Positions 1 to 13,337 of a stretch of 64,000 nt of DNA are shown here, one piece after another (positions within the stretch are counted from its first letter, which is position 1; the number at the start of each line of letters is the position of its first letter). The stretch comes from Octopus vulgaris (lineage: Eukaryota). The stretch is taken from the NCBI GenBank assembly GCA_951406725.2, contig OX597815.1, positions 177,072,001 to 177,136,000 on the forward strand, in the 5' to 3' direction. The translations under genes and the position numbers were made by a program. The notes under the pieces are model-generated. The model was not told the DNA's origin, searched no databases, and worked only from the letters and a program-made list of their open reading frames with translations.

Positions 1-145
1 TATAATTGGATTAGCAGGCAAAAATGAGTTAACGGAGAAAGTCTATAAATAGTGTGTCACGTAGTGTAATTCAAAATTATATTATCCCGAGCTTCACTTT
101 AAATAAAGAAAAACTCATTTTTTGCTCTTCACATCACACATAACG

Positions 146-222
146 CATATATATATACACACACACATATATATATATATATACACACACACATATATAT
201 ATACACACACATATATATATAT

Positions 223-273
<51 letters not shown>

Positions 274-531
274 TATATATATACACACACATATATATAT
301 ATATACACACATATATATATATATACACACATATATATATATACACACATATATATATATATATATACACACATATATACACACACACACACATATATAT
401 ACACACACACACACACATATCTAAACACACACACACACACACATATCTAAACACACACACATATCTAAACACACACACACACACACATATCTAAACACAC
501 ATATATATAGATACACACACACATACACACA
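146..531. repeat. Compound (TA)n/(CA)n microsatellite
   Basis: Visible TA/CA dinucleotide runs; source of the YI/HT-rich ORFs. Confidence 0.97.
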
Positions 532-1306
532 CGCCTGTCATATTTACTTGCTTACATTCACATTCGCTGACATACAGGTTTAGACAAAAAGACATATCTT
601 ATGAGTGCCATGCATATACGTCTGATATCACCATGTGATAACTTTGTATATCACTGTCAAAACGCATTAGTCACTTGATTATTACGTGTTCCATTCCTTT
701 TTGTATTTCGACTTCGATCGAGGTTGACGTACGTCTCTTTATATTCCATAAAATTACACCAGTCACTGACAGGGGACGATTGAATTACTTAGAAGTCTGT
801 CGTATGGAGAATATATATTTCTTTCGCAAAAATGCTGGCAATAATTGCATTTTTTTTTGTTTTGGTTATTAGTTATGATGTCGGTGGCTGTGTGAAACTT
901 CATCAACGTTACCAAAGCGGACCTTTGTGTGACCGAGTTAACCAATCCAATCTAATAGCAATATATTATATTACACTTCGGAAATTCATATATACATAAA
1001 GTGTCTGCGTTGCGTGTGAAAAACTGGATGCTGAATGCATATGGGTGAAGTTTTTGACACTTGTAATAATTTAGGTTTAAATGCCCGACTAACGATTTGG
1101 AAAGTCCTGTTGCTTGGAGTTTTTTTTTTATCTTTCGTCTTGCTTCTTTTACTTTACTCAAGTAATATTTAATGGTGTCAAACTAGATTGCATTTTCCAC
1201 CAACATGTTAGATCTACTTATTGTGTATAATATTTAATTCATCGTAGAGACAAGGAGCCAATTACGAAACCTGAATATCATATTCAATAATATTGATACA
1301 CTAGGC

Positions 1307-1522
1307 AAGGCGGCGAGTTGGCAGAATCATTAATACGCAGGGCAAAATGCTTAGAGCTATTTCGACCGTCTTTATGTCCTGAGTTCAAATTCCGCCGAGG
1401 GTATTTGCCTTTTGTCTATTCGGGGGCCGATCAAATGGAAACAAACTGAGTGCTGGTGTCAATATAATCGATGTAACCCTTTCCCCAAAACCGCTGACCT
1501 TGTATCAAAATTTAAGACCAAC
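1307..1522 (+). mobile_element. tRNA-derived SINE, family A, with 15-bp TSD
   Basis: Head AAGGCGGCGAGTTGGCAGAATC, B-box-like GAGTTCAAATTCC; TSD attgatacactaggc at 1292-1306 and 1523-1537. Confidence 0.9.
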
Positions 1523-1852
1523 ATTGATACACTAGGCGCATGCATGTGCCTTCTACACACACAACGTGTGTACGAAAATCCGAAACTAAGCGCTACCTTT
1601 GATAGCCTACATTTGAAACGGCTTCGCTGTGGAAAGCAAAGTAGATAATATTATATCGGACACAAGAGACGCGTTTACAGGAGGCTGACCATTCTTTAAA
1701 AGATAAGCGACTCTTATCTATCATCCAAGGAAACAAATACAAAGTTGTTATGTTGAGAAGAAAGAGTGTGTATGTGTGGGTTGGTAGTTGTAATCATCCT
1801 CTGAATAAATGCGTGTTTCTCTGTGTACAGATACGTATATATATAGACACCT

Positions 1853-2086
1853 TAAGGCGGCGAGCTGGCAGAATCGTTAGCACGCCGGGCGAAATACGTA
1901 GCCGTATTTCGTCTGCCGCTACGTTCTGAGTTCAAATTCCGCCGAGGTCGACTTTGCCTTTCATCCTTTCGGGGTCGATAAATTAAGTACCAATTACGCA
2001 CTGGGGTCGATGTAATCGACTTAATCCGTTTGTCTGTCCTTGTTTGTCCCCTCTGTGTTTAGCCCCTTGTAGGTAGTAAAGAAAAC
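1853..2086 (+). mobile_element. SINE family A, near full length, 15-bp TSD
   Basis: Same head; central GCCTTTCATCCTTTCGGGGTCGATAAATTAAGTACC (resembles the Meta/Sauria-type SINE core, from recall); TSD tatatatagacacct at 1838-1852 and 2087-2101. Confidence 0.92.
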
Positions 2087-2899
2087 TATATATAGACACC
2101 TACATATACGCATGTTTATATATGCACACACAAACACACACACACACATATTCATGCATACTTATTATATGGAAAATGTGAGCATGAAAACGATTACTTT
2201 AAGTAAAGAATAAGAAAGTTTTTACTTAAAAGATTGCTGTTAGAATTAAAATTTGAATATTAAAAAATATTTCATAGTTCTTCTAATTTATCTGTTGCAA
2301 TATTTTAAGTAAAAAGTTTCGTATGCTTTACTTGAATCGTTTGTCCTATACTTTTACAGGTGTAATAACTTGTCCTATACTTTTCCAGGTTTATAATCTT
2401 AAGAATATTACTTTTCATGCTCGCATTTTTCCATGTAATCCATGATTTTTCCAGCATTGTCGTTATAGGATAATTAATAATGTCAACTAATAATTTAGGA
2501 TTTTACCTTATAAAATACTAGGTAGGGAGATACATTGGTTACTATTTTTAGCGCGTCGAGCGACCAGATAGCGGCTCTTTCATTGGTTTGATTGCGTGAT
2601 GAGATTTCTTTTACATACATATGTATAATGTGCATATCATCGGCAGAAGTTAGAGAGTAAGTCAAAATCTGAGAGTTTCGTGTACTGGCACTTATCAAAC
2701 ACGAATTTGTCCATTGTCACTCAGTAACTTGTGACGAAATAACTTCTAAAATACAAAAGTTTGTCAAAAACGTTAAGAATAAATACTGTTGTATGTGACA
2801 CATTCTACCAGTATTCGAAGTTTCAAAGTGCTTAGTTAAAAAAAACGTCAATTAAATAAACTGTACGTCAAATTGAATAGATCCGAAATGGATAAAAAG

Positions 2900-3003
2900 C
2901 AAAGTCAACCTCGGCAGAATTTGAACTCAAAACACAAAGACATGCAAAATAACGTTAAGCTTTTCGCCCGGAACGCTACCGTTTCTGCCAGCTCGACACC
3001 TTA
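2900..3003 (-). mobile_element. SINE family A 5' fragment
   Basis: Reverse-complement similarity to the 1853 copy (cctcggcagaatttgaactca ... tctgccagctcg). Confidence 0.75.
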
Positions 3004-3544
3004 CATCGTAAACATTCATTTTAGCAATATATTGTTTAATATTCTTATTCATAAGCGTTACTCCCTTACACGACATTTCGCGGAATTTCACCCCAAAACT
3101 TTTCTTCTATCAATTTTTGTTCAAAGTGACTAAGGACACTGAATTCCGCATACATTTTTCTATCATATAAACCTAAGAAAAGTATACTTCTTTTTAAAAT
3201 TGAAAAGTTTATATTAGTTTAAGGTGAATAGGTGCCTTACTGCTCCCTTGAGGTTGCAGATATTTTGATTTAGCTTTTTTCTTCTGAACCATGTCTCAAA
3301 CTATTTATGCCAAAGTGTAGCTGGGGAGGTGTCCTCTTTAAAACTATTAACAGTTTGCAATTTAGTTGAGAACTGAATTAGTGGTGAAGCTTAGAAGCTG
3401 CTGCGATTGACGAAATGGTGGACTTAAGAATATATTCAACCACTACCGTAGTTGAATTATATCTGTGTTTATGCCAGAAAATATTGAAATACCCCTGTTT
3501 GTGAACATATGTATGTATATTTGTATGCTTATACATAAATACAT

Positions 3545-3935
3545 ATACACAAATACTAGAACTGGGTACCACTGCATAGTGCCAAGGACTCCAAATTTGC
3601 CATCAAGATGTAGGACAAGATACTGTGATAGCCTGGGCTTCAGAGGTCCACAGCTCTTCAATATCCTCCCGAAGGACCTGAGAGACCTGCATGGGGTGGA
3701 TGCAGATGTCTTTAAAATAAAACTGGATCTCTTCCTGTCAGGTGTCCCAGATGAACCAACTTCACGGCAGGAGGTGCAGATGAGGGCAGTTGCATCAAAC
3801 TCTCTCATTCACCAAATGTCAATTGCTAAAAAGAATTCGTGAAGTAAAATCATGTAGCAACACCGAATGGCGGTGCCTCAGCATGGCCACAGCTCGTGAG
3901 CTGAAACTAGATAAAATAAAAATAAAATAAAATAA
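3545..3935 (+). mobile_element. 5'-truncated CR1-group LINE: ORF2 C-terminus, 3'UTR and (AAAAT)n tail
   Basis: Translates ...SLGFRGPQLFNILPKDLRDLHGVDADVFKIKLDLFLSGVPDEP..., typical of CR1-group ORF2 ends; tail at 3911-3935. Confidence 0.85.
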
Positions 3936-4519
3936 ATATATATTATATGTATGAGTTGGTGCGTGTTTATGTGTGTAAGAACATTATGTTTATGTTTTGA
4001 TCATATATTTCTTTAGCTATCTATTTATTAACGACTATTTTCCACTACACAACATCAAAATTTCAGCACCTGATAAATGTGAGATAGGTCATCTCCCTGT
4101 TATATATATATATATATATATATAGTGATCCGTTAAGGTAAGATCAATATAATAGTATGTCATCCAGTCAGAGATAAACAGAATCGTAGATAGGCTGGTT
4201 TTCATAGCGTGCCTTGTGTCTCCAAGCAATCCTCAAATTCAGAGCACTTGGTTTGACATACTTGAAAAGTAAGGTGATATTGCATGAGAAATCAGGAAGA
4301 AAAAAAACTAGAAGAACGGATATGTAAGATGGATGTGTAATGAGAAAGGTGAATAGAAATGTAAAACGAAAGGAGTGAGAAAGACGATTACATTTACGTT
4401 TTGCTTCACTGTAGAAGTCATAATTAAACTAGTTGTTGTAGATTAAGTCAATGGAGAAAGGTGTAAAAATCTACGAGACAGCTGCTTAATGCAGAGGGGA
4501 TTGTATCCTGCAGCCTGCA

Positions 4520-4668
4520 AAAGAGATTTGCCTATATGCTTGTATTTGTTGAGAATTTCAGATCTGGACTTGAGTAGTGTGGTGGAATTCTTGGATCTAA
4601 AATGAATGCGCGATTTTTCAGTTTCGCAAGGCTGCATTTCTTAGATCCATTGTTGCCAGTTGTGTGTA
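4520..4668 (-). mobile_element. Penelope-like element remnant (C-terminal end of GIY-YIG region)
   Basis: Frameshifted NGSKKC..CETEK...STTLLKSRSEILNKYKH resembles the PLE C-terminal C.LC..EK...LN.RSE...C.H motif. Confidence 0.65.
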
Positions 4669-5609
4669 AGAGCAACAGATAATCTGATATATATATACAC
4701 ACACACGTGTGTGTGCGAACATATGTCTGTGTGTATGTGTAGATTGATATATAGGTAGATGCATATATATATCTATAGAGGAGACGTACAAGCGCACACA
4801 CGCAAACAACAAACACATAGTGATGCATTTAGTGTTGATTCACACGAAATATGTGCATATGAATTGTGCACTGGAAATATATAACGGTTATTTTTTTGTA
4901 TACCTAGATGTACAGATATCTGTTTTGAAAAACGATAACATTGAAATCTCGTTTGCACATTGAATATACACGTCGCACACAAAGAAACACACGCGTACAC
5001 GGTGAGACGAATATATTTCTGTGCGGATGTGTGTGCGTGTGAATGTGCAAGTACGTATGTATACATCAATGCAGTTTAGGATTGTGTGCATGTGTGTCTG
5101 TGGTGTTAAAACTAATAAAAAAAGAAATAAGTCTGTATGAGATAATAGAAAGAGTTATAAAAACATTGTCAATGAATCCAAACATGTTTGTGAAATGTCC
5201 TCTTTCTTGAACGACTGGGTCAGCTTGACATGTACATAGCTATAGATATGTCAGTGTTTTCGCGTAGTGACAATATTTGAAGAAACAAAATTTAATTGAT
5301 GTATATATTTTCATATGAGGTTATACACACATACGTCTCTCACTCTGCTTGTCTCTCTGTCTTCTTCTCCCGCTGTCTGTCTGTCTGTCTCTCTCTCTCT
5401 CACTCTCTTTCATATACTCACTTTCAGCCATTCTCCATTCTTCTCTCGCTTTTCATATTCCGCGTGCATGTTTTTCAATCTGTCTCTTTTGCAATTTCTT
5501 TCCCTCACACCCAGCCACATATGTTTACGCCTATGCCTCTCTTACGTATCATGACAGAATATATATTTGTCCTGTTATGTGTGTGCCTGTGTTTGTGTCT
5601 ATTTCTATG

Positions 5610-5963
5610 TATGTACGTATATACATACACAGATATATATGTATGCAAGTTGTATATGTATAAATATGTATATATATATATACATATATATGTATATGCA
5701 TATATATCAATATATATATACACATATGTATACACACACATATATATATCTATATATATATACATATATGTATACACACACATATATATATATACACACA
5801 TATGTGTATACACAGATATATACATATATATAGACATATATGTAGACACATATATATACATATACACATGTATATGTAGACACATATATATATACATATA
5901 CACATGTATATGTAGACATATATACATATATACACATGTATATGTAGACATATATACATATAT

Positions 5964-6008
<45 letters not shown>

Positions 6009-6320
6009 AATATATATACATATATATACACACATATATAAATATATATTCAATATATACACATATATATAAATATATATACAAGATATACACATATAAA
6101 TATATATATATATACATATGTATTTATATATGTATATATATATATATATGTAAATGTATATATATATATGTATGTAAATATATATATATATGCATTTAGA
6201 TATGTATATATATATAGATAGATATGTTATGTATGTAAATATATATCTGAGTGTTTGTATATATAGATAAATACACGCACGCACACAAATGCATACATAG
6301 ACACACACACACATATACAC
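5610..6320. repeat. Long compound TA/CA/TG microsatellite
   Basis: Low-complexity dinucleotide array. Confidence 0.95.
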
Positions 6321-6704
6321 ATCGCTCTTCTTATTCATGTGTATCACTTTTTAAGGGAACAAATATTTATTTTCGCATTTATGCACAAAGGATACAGACC
6401 TATATATAAGCATGGATTGTATTGTGATTAAAATACACCAGTGTACTCCATACATTGTAAAGACAAGGGAAATTATTTTTAGTGAAATGTTCCAGTTTGC
6501 ATTCTTCGGTGCTATAGGCAAATATATCACAACCCATCTTTGTTAAATTTCTTGTACAAGCAATAACTCTTAAAACCATCATTAATAGTTATCTAATGTG
6601 TCACACAAAAGTCTATGATATATGTGTGTGTATCTATCTATCTATCTATCTATTATTGTATCTATCTAAATATATATGTATCTATATGTATACAACACTA
6701 CATC

Positions 6705-6955
6705 GGCCAAAGTTGTTGTTAGACATCACTGGTTACAATGCGCTTCCTCTCATTACAATATTTTGCCATGCTGCAAAGGCGGTCAGACCGGCATTTCCAT
6801 TAAACGGAAGACCAGTTTGTCGTATGGTTCCCCTTAGGCGGATGAGTGCACTGGAGCAAGCTGAAATGAAAGGTTTCCTCAAGAAAACATCTCTGCTGTG
6901 AATCGAAACCATGACACTGCGATCCCGCAGAGCATAACCAATAATCTTGGCCCTT
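6705..6955 (-). mobile_element. Degenerate tRNA-derived SINE (family C/D-like)
   Basis: Minus strand GGTTTCGATTC box followed by ttcttgaggaaacctttcatttcagcttgctccagtgcactca, shared with 20262 and 52178 copies. Confidence 0.6.
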
Positions 6956-6972
6956 TCACATAAACACTCGTG

Positions 6973-7040
<68 letters not shown>

Positions 7041-7044
7041 AGAT

Positions 7045-7167
7045 AGGCCTTCTTTCAGTTTCCGTCTTCCAAAACTCCTCACACGCCTAAAGTGACATGC
7101 AGTGGAACTGAACTCAGAGCCATGTGCTTGGGAGGCAAGGTTGTTACCACACAGCCACGCCTGCGCC
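7045..7167 (-). mobile_element. SINE family B 5' part
   Basis: ttctttcagtttccgtc ... taccacacagccacgcctgcgcc matches the reverse complement of the 21375 copy. Confidence 0.75.
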
Positions 7168-7834
7168 TTATATTTATGTGTGGAGAGAGAGAGAGAGAGA
7201 GTAAACAGATGAGATCCAAATACTCTCAATATAGAAAATGCCCATGGGGTAAAATGTGGTTAAAAGAGGAATCCGGGTGAACAGATAAGGGTATAATGAT
7301 ACAAACAACCGAATAAACCAGCTTGGGCCAGATATACGAGATATATGTAAATGCATATATACAAATGCAGAGCGAGAGAGAGAAAGAGAGTGAGAGCAAA
7401 TCAAAACCTGAAAATTTTTTGACGATGCATAAAAAGATTAAAAGTGAGAATGTATGGTGTTACATCAGATTTTTTTTTATCTCTCCACTATGAAGACGGA
7501 TTCCGGGTCTATCGAATGTTTATTTGCTTCCAATATTGTTGCATAGTTTTGTGAACTACAGCTGCCAACTTCATAAAATAAATCCAAGTCCCCGCCCCTA
7601 GAAACTGCTGTAGGGCTTGTAACACCATTCCTTCTGCCCTTTAATTTTCTCTGTCTATACTGTGTGTAAGTTTGCTCTGACAATATATAATAAATATCTG
7701 TATATTTATACTTGAATATCAATCGACTGAATATTCTCAGTCTTTGCTTTTTTCACTATTTACATGTAAACATGCAGATCTATTTTGTATATCTAACTCA
7801 GGAAGTGTTATGCATTTATCTGCATCAATGTCTT

Positions 7835-8062
7835 TATATATATATATGCGTGTGTGTGTGTATATATATGAGTGTGTATGTGCGTATATATATGAGTGTG
7901 TATGTGCGTATATATATGAGTGTGTATGTGCGTATATATATATGTGTGTGTATGTGTGTATATATATGTGTGTGTATGTGTGTATATATATATATGTGTG
8001 TGTGTGTATGTGTATATATATGTGTGTGTGTATGTGTGTATGTATGTGTATATATATATATA

Positions 8063-8094
<32 letters not shown>

Positions 8095-8095
8095 A
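7835..8095. repeat. TA/TG microsatellite with 24-bp sub-repeats
   Basis: Repeated tatatatatgagtgtgtatgtgcg units. Confidence 0.95.
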
Positions 8096-8848
8096 TTAAA
8101 GAGTGCAGAATTACGCCGAAACGATCGTTGTGGTAAATAAAGCTTCCAGCATACTCTGTATTAATCATTTAGAATACACATGCAGCGCGCGCGCACGCAC
8201 ACACACGGACATGTATTACGAAATGTTGACATACATAATGAGTAGCGTGTATTTAGGAATACATACCGTATGCTAAAACGTCACTCTATATTAAATCTTC
8301 ATACATTCTTTTATATGGCAGCCATGTTTTAACTGTAAGCAAGTACATATTTGTACGACGAATAAATATGGTTAATTCTGAATTCATACAAAGCCAAACA
8401 GATTCGTTTATATACAAGAAATGATGTATGGAAATCACGGTTGAAGATGAATATATAATTCTGCAGTGAATTTGTTTTGCATCGTATATATAGATGTGTG
8501 CGTGCGTTCGTACGTGTGTGTATTGTGTGTTTTTGAGTGTGTGTGTTTGTGCTATGTATGTGTGTGTATGTGTGTGTATGTGCTATGTATATGTGTATCA
8601 TATATAGCAGAAGTAACAGAGCGACACAAGCTCCTAGAGTCCTGTGCGTTCGCACTCAACAAACTAGTTACAAGTATAAAACCTGTGAGTTTATGTGTGT
8701 TTATAAATATATTTTCTTCTGTATTCTAATATAATTGTGTATTTCTATTATATATATATATATATATTGGTAAAAACGGTAAGATAACAAAAGAAAGAAA
8801 GAGACCTCAATATTATGTAAATAGAGGAAAATTATCTATAAAATGATA

Positions 8849-8952
8849 TGTACAATTACTCAACAGTCAAGATAAAACGCTGAGTTTCAGACGCCGAAGT
8901 AGGAATCCACAACACCAGCTCTTCGGTTATCTGACTATTGAGTAATTGTACA
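8849..8952 (-). ncRNA. Hammerhead-like motif capping a ~27-bp hairpin (U4C core variant)
   Basis: Minus strand: gtcagataa-CCGAAGA-stemII-GAAAC-tcagc-GTT-ttatcttgac; arms tgtacaattactcaacagtcaagataa / ttatctgactattgagtaattgtaca. Confidence 0.5.
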
Positions 8953-8955
8953 TAT

Positions 8956-9039
<84 letters not shown>

Positions 9040-9045
<6 letters not shown>

Positions 9046-9215
9046 GGAGAGTTTACGAAAAAAACAAAAGACGAAGACAGGTGGTGTACAAAACAAACAG
9101 ATGTATTAGTATAACGCTGATGAATAGAAAAAGTCTTTTACGTTTCAAGCCTACGCTCTTCTACAGAAAGGGACACAGAAACAAACAAGGAGAGAAAAAA
9201 ATGTGTGTAGTGGCT
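9040..9215 (-). mobile_element. Short Penelope-type terminal repeat with HHR-like variant at 9135-9170
   Basis: Minus strand cttt-CTGTAGA-a-gagc-gtag-gctt-GAAAC-GTA-aaag; partial second copy at 31972-32040 (+). Confidence 0.5.
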
Positions 9216-10022
9216 AAATTCAGTTTATTTAATGTAATACGCCATTTATAAAACAAATGTATATATGTTAGCATATATTCCGCTAGACAATATTTCTATG
9301 AACTACGTTCCATGCTTTTCGATGTTTTAATAACACAGCTTTCATAATTTCTATGTAGCAACGGTGCCACAACTTTGTTCTGTTCGAACGATGCATGACA
9401 GTCTGCTAAACGTCAACACTCCAACACAAAGTTATAGAAACTGATATTTCAATGCCATTTATTATTTGAGTAACTCGACTGTAGCCAGGAGTTAAAACTC
9501 GAAGATGACGTAACAAGTTATCACTCGTTGAATTACAAATGGAAAATAGTTTCGATGCACCTAAATCACGGCTTAAATGCAAATTGCATGGAGACGAAAA
9601 CATGGATTTTACGTTTTTTCCCCCTTTTCTTTTTATCCAGAAAATAGCTTCATTCATGCATCTGATAAAAGGACCGTTGTGGTATATTATAGAAAAATAA
9701 TGCAAAGTTCAAACCAACATTAAATTTCTCTTGTGTAAGTAGAATCAACTCTTTGGAAAATAACGACTCACTATCGGTTGATATAGAGGTCACGCCGATA
9801 TTTTTTTACAAGAATAACAATAAAATGCCAAAGCGATTCTTTTGGAAACATACATCGGCGAAGCAGTAAATGTCAACATGCAAGTGGTTTGACATAAAAC
9901 ATTAAGGGGCAGAAACAACTTCACTGCTACAATACAATTATTTCACGAAGATGTTTAAGTTCGATAATGTATTTACTTATTATTTTGATAACATGCCTTT
10001 TTGGCCCTTAACTCTGAATTAA

Positions 10023-10185
10023 TTTCGTTTTGGGATTTGGTTTGCAAGATTCTTTATATGAGTTCGTGTGTTGAAGCATATTCTGTTGTGTCTGGGGAGA
10101 GTCATTTTCTTTTTGTGCATTATAATGTAACACAGTCACCGGAAACAAATTTCCACTTTTTTCTTATTTTTATTGTCCTAAACTT
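10023..10185 (+). mobile_element. Single arm of the 13338-13659 inverted-repeat family
   Basis: ttcgttttgggatttggtttgcaagattc... is the reverse complement of 13505-13657. Confidence 0.85.
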
Positions 10186-11169
10186 AATTTATTTAGCTGC
10201 ATGGGTATGTGGAAGAAGTCTGATTTTAAAATACATTGTTCCAATTTCAGTCCCCATGTGTTAATGCCTTCTACTATAACATTCGGATGACCAAAAACTT
10301 ACACACACACATAGTTCAAAGGTAAAATTTAGAAGTCAATGGATATGCACTGGACAAGTTTGGATTGTTTTATATGAAACTTTACATATATAACATTACA
10401 CGCACACACACACACACACACATATACAAATATACACTTACATCATGGTGTAGTGACACGGGTATCATGTGTAACGATCAGATGAAGGCCATCAAGCGAA
10501 TGTAGCTGGAGTACATGGTGCCTTTTTCCTGCTACTCCTGCACCTTCTTCTGCAATTAAGTGGATTATATCCTAATGCTTCTTTCACAAGATGGTAGGAA
10601 GGCAATCAGATTGTATTCAGAAGTTCGAAAAAAGTGACTAATACACCAAATGCCAGACAGAACATTGACATATCTGGATCCTCCTCTCTGCTCGAATTCT
10701 AATACAGGGTTCCTGTTTATACCAATTCCTACAAGAAAGCAGCCGGTAGGAATCTGATTATACTCTACGAGACGGTCTTAACACCGGAAGCAGAACCCCG
10801 TACGTACGAATTGACGTCTAACGTGTTGAAGCGCATGGTCCATGACATCATTACATCCTTCAGAGCCTCGGAACGCAAAAGATGCATCCTTCGACTCACG
10901 GAAGCTATCATAATTAATAATACGTAACCAGCATTAAATAAGGGAAACAGACTGGTTACTACAGGGTCACTAGTCATCGCATATCACTATACTCTCCCAC
11001 ACAACTGAACTTTATCTTATTTCTCGTTTCAACTCGGGTCTCGTGGAAGGGTTTCTAACACAAAAACAAGAAGAAATATACGATGAAAATTTTAATTTTT
11101 ATTACTATTCATTTTTATAATTTCTGCCTCATGAAATGTATGTATGTATGTGTGCATATATGCATGTCA

Positions 11170-11270
11170 TTCAGTTTATTTCATGATTTCGTGCCAATAG
11201 AGAAAGAACCGGTTTCTAACCTAGATCCAAGGCTCGTTCATTGGAATTCCAACATAAACAACAGGGTATT
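11170..11270 (-). repeat. Dispersed short repeat with degenerate HHR-like 3' half (second copy 20770-20840)
   Basis: caatagagaaagaaccggtttctaacctag shared by both loci; minus strand GAAAC-CG-GTT. Confidence 0.55.
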
Positions 11271-12301
11271 TTTGTTTGTTTGTTTGTATGTATGTGCAGA
11301 TTTTTGTGCTTTACGTATGTATTATTATGCCTATAGTTGCATATCTAGACATGCTCATATATATATATATATTTAAATGATAAACTTCTGGAAAGTTTTA
11401 CAGATTTTTACAGTTCCAGTGATGGATTGGATCTGTTGTCTTTGAATTTTCTTTTTCGTTTCTGGTTTTGAGAAGCCTAATTTCTCAAGATTGGTATTTA
11501 GGCAGTGTGTTACATATCTCGTATGTATGTATACACACACACATATACGCACACATATATTTCATAAAAATAGAATTCATGTTTAGAATTCCCTCCAGCA
11601 GTGGCTGGCTCGTGTACAAATTGAAATTATCAATAATGGGAACTAAAGTGAGTTTAGAGAAGCAAGCTGACGTCATTTTCGCCATAAAAGTTTTTGACAG
11701 AAATAAGCTTACTTGGTGAAGACGGAATGGAATTTGCCTCGGGAAGACTTTCGAAATTTTGTGTCATCAATACGCTGTAGGCATTGGATACCTGGCGACG
11801 ATGACGACGGTGTGTGTGCGTGTGTGTGTGTACATTAATGACGAGTATACAAAGTTGCGTTAAGTCTTCAACTTTTGACGGGTTAGCATCGTCGCATGCA
11901 GTGTGTCATGCAATCTTCCGTACCAACTGGGGACCGTCGTTTCCCATGTCTGACCGATTTACGGCCTAGGAGAAAAACAGATTCGTACAAACGGTAATAT
12001 CGACTCTCGTAAATGACGAGGAATTTTGTTATTGGCAGCAGCCCAAAATAAAATCAGTGCAAGATTTGACATCAGAGCGCAGAGAAGCAGATCGATTCTG
12101 GTGATGTATATGCTCTTACTGCATTTATATATGTACGCGCACACACAGACACACACGCAGTAAGAACATGGTAGAGACGAGTGTGTGTTTGCTTCCCAGC
12201 CACATGGTTCTGGGTTCAGTCTAAGCTTGTGGGAGCTTGAGACAAGCGTCTTCCAATGAAAACTCTTGCTGAACATGTGAGTGGATTACATAGACGGAGA
12301 C

Positions 12302-12304
<3 letters not shown>

Positions 12305-12359
<55 letters not shown>

Positions 12360-12550
12360 TATGTATATATTATGTACATACATACATACACATAGTTATA
12401 TGTAGATAAACACATGATATATATAGATGTACATATACAGATGGTATATATATACATATATATGTACATATACACATGATATATATATATATATATGTAC
12501 ATATACACATGATATATATATATATATATACATATACATAAACATATAGG
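12305..12550. repeat. TA/CA microsatellite following a SINE family B head (12170-12303)
   Basis: ccacatggttctgggttcagtc ... tagacggagactg then dinucleotide array. Confidence 0.85.
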
Positions 12551-13337
12551 TATTTGAATGTTATTATGTGTTTGTATGCATCTGAATGTATTGAATAGTC
12601 GCATCACACAAGCACACACCATTTTACTCTCGGCGTGTTCGATCAGGTCTAATATTGTGCAATACAGCAATAATAAAGGGGGGCATCTTTGCAATTAGCC
12701 TCAGCAGTACCTCAGAAGTGTTATTCCTGCTTCTAGAAACAGTTGTCAAATGGCCATGAAATTCTGCCACACACAATCTTCTAAAAATAAAAACAAAAAA
12801 AAGATAGAAATGGTGTGCCCAAGAAAATGTATTCCTTTTTATATACCACAAACGAGTATTAAAAACATTTATTATAGATTGTTCGTTGAGACCTAAAATA
12901 TAGCAGGAAATATATATATGTATACGCACACACACGCGGAAAAGAATCTTCAAACATTAAGGTTTGTAGGCTAGTTTAAATATAGCATGTTAGACACTAA
13001 CATTCGCTTTCGTTTCTTCACTCAGACACATATATTGTATAGAAAGAGTTTATGCATCAGTGTACATATTTATATATAGAATAATTCTCGTTAATTTCCT
13101 CTTTGACATATGTTTCTGCTAAATAAGCTGTAGCATTTATGTACATTTGGCTGATTAATTTGCAGTACATATGCATCGAATGTAGACATTCCCGTAAAGC
13201 TTTGTTGTACCCATTGAAGCAAAGATTCAAGTGTTAGATAGTTCTTCTTAGATTTTATTCTCGGTGAAGGATCATCAAACCTTAGAGTACATGATAGTCA
13301 AGGCTGCGTTGAAATACGATATAACTATAATTCTGGT

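Noticed and set aside
115-484. YI/CV/HT-rich ORFs here and at 5.3-6.3, 7.7-8.1, 14.3-15.1 and 39.9-40.6 kb
   Set aside because: Translations of dinucleotide microsatellites, open in several frames on both strands
2668-2702. Minus-strand ttgataa-gtg..cac-gaaac HHR-like string
   Set aside because: Two core mismatches and no supporting stems
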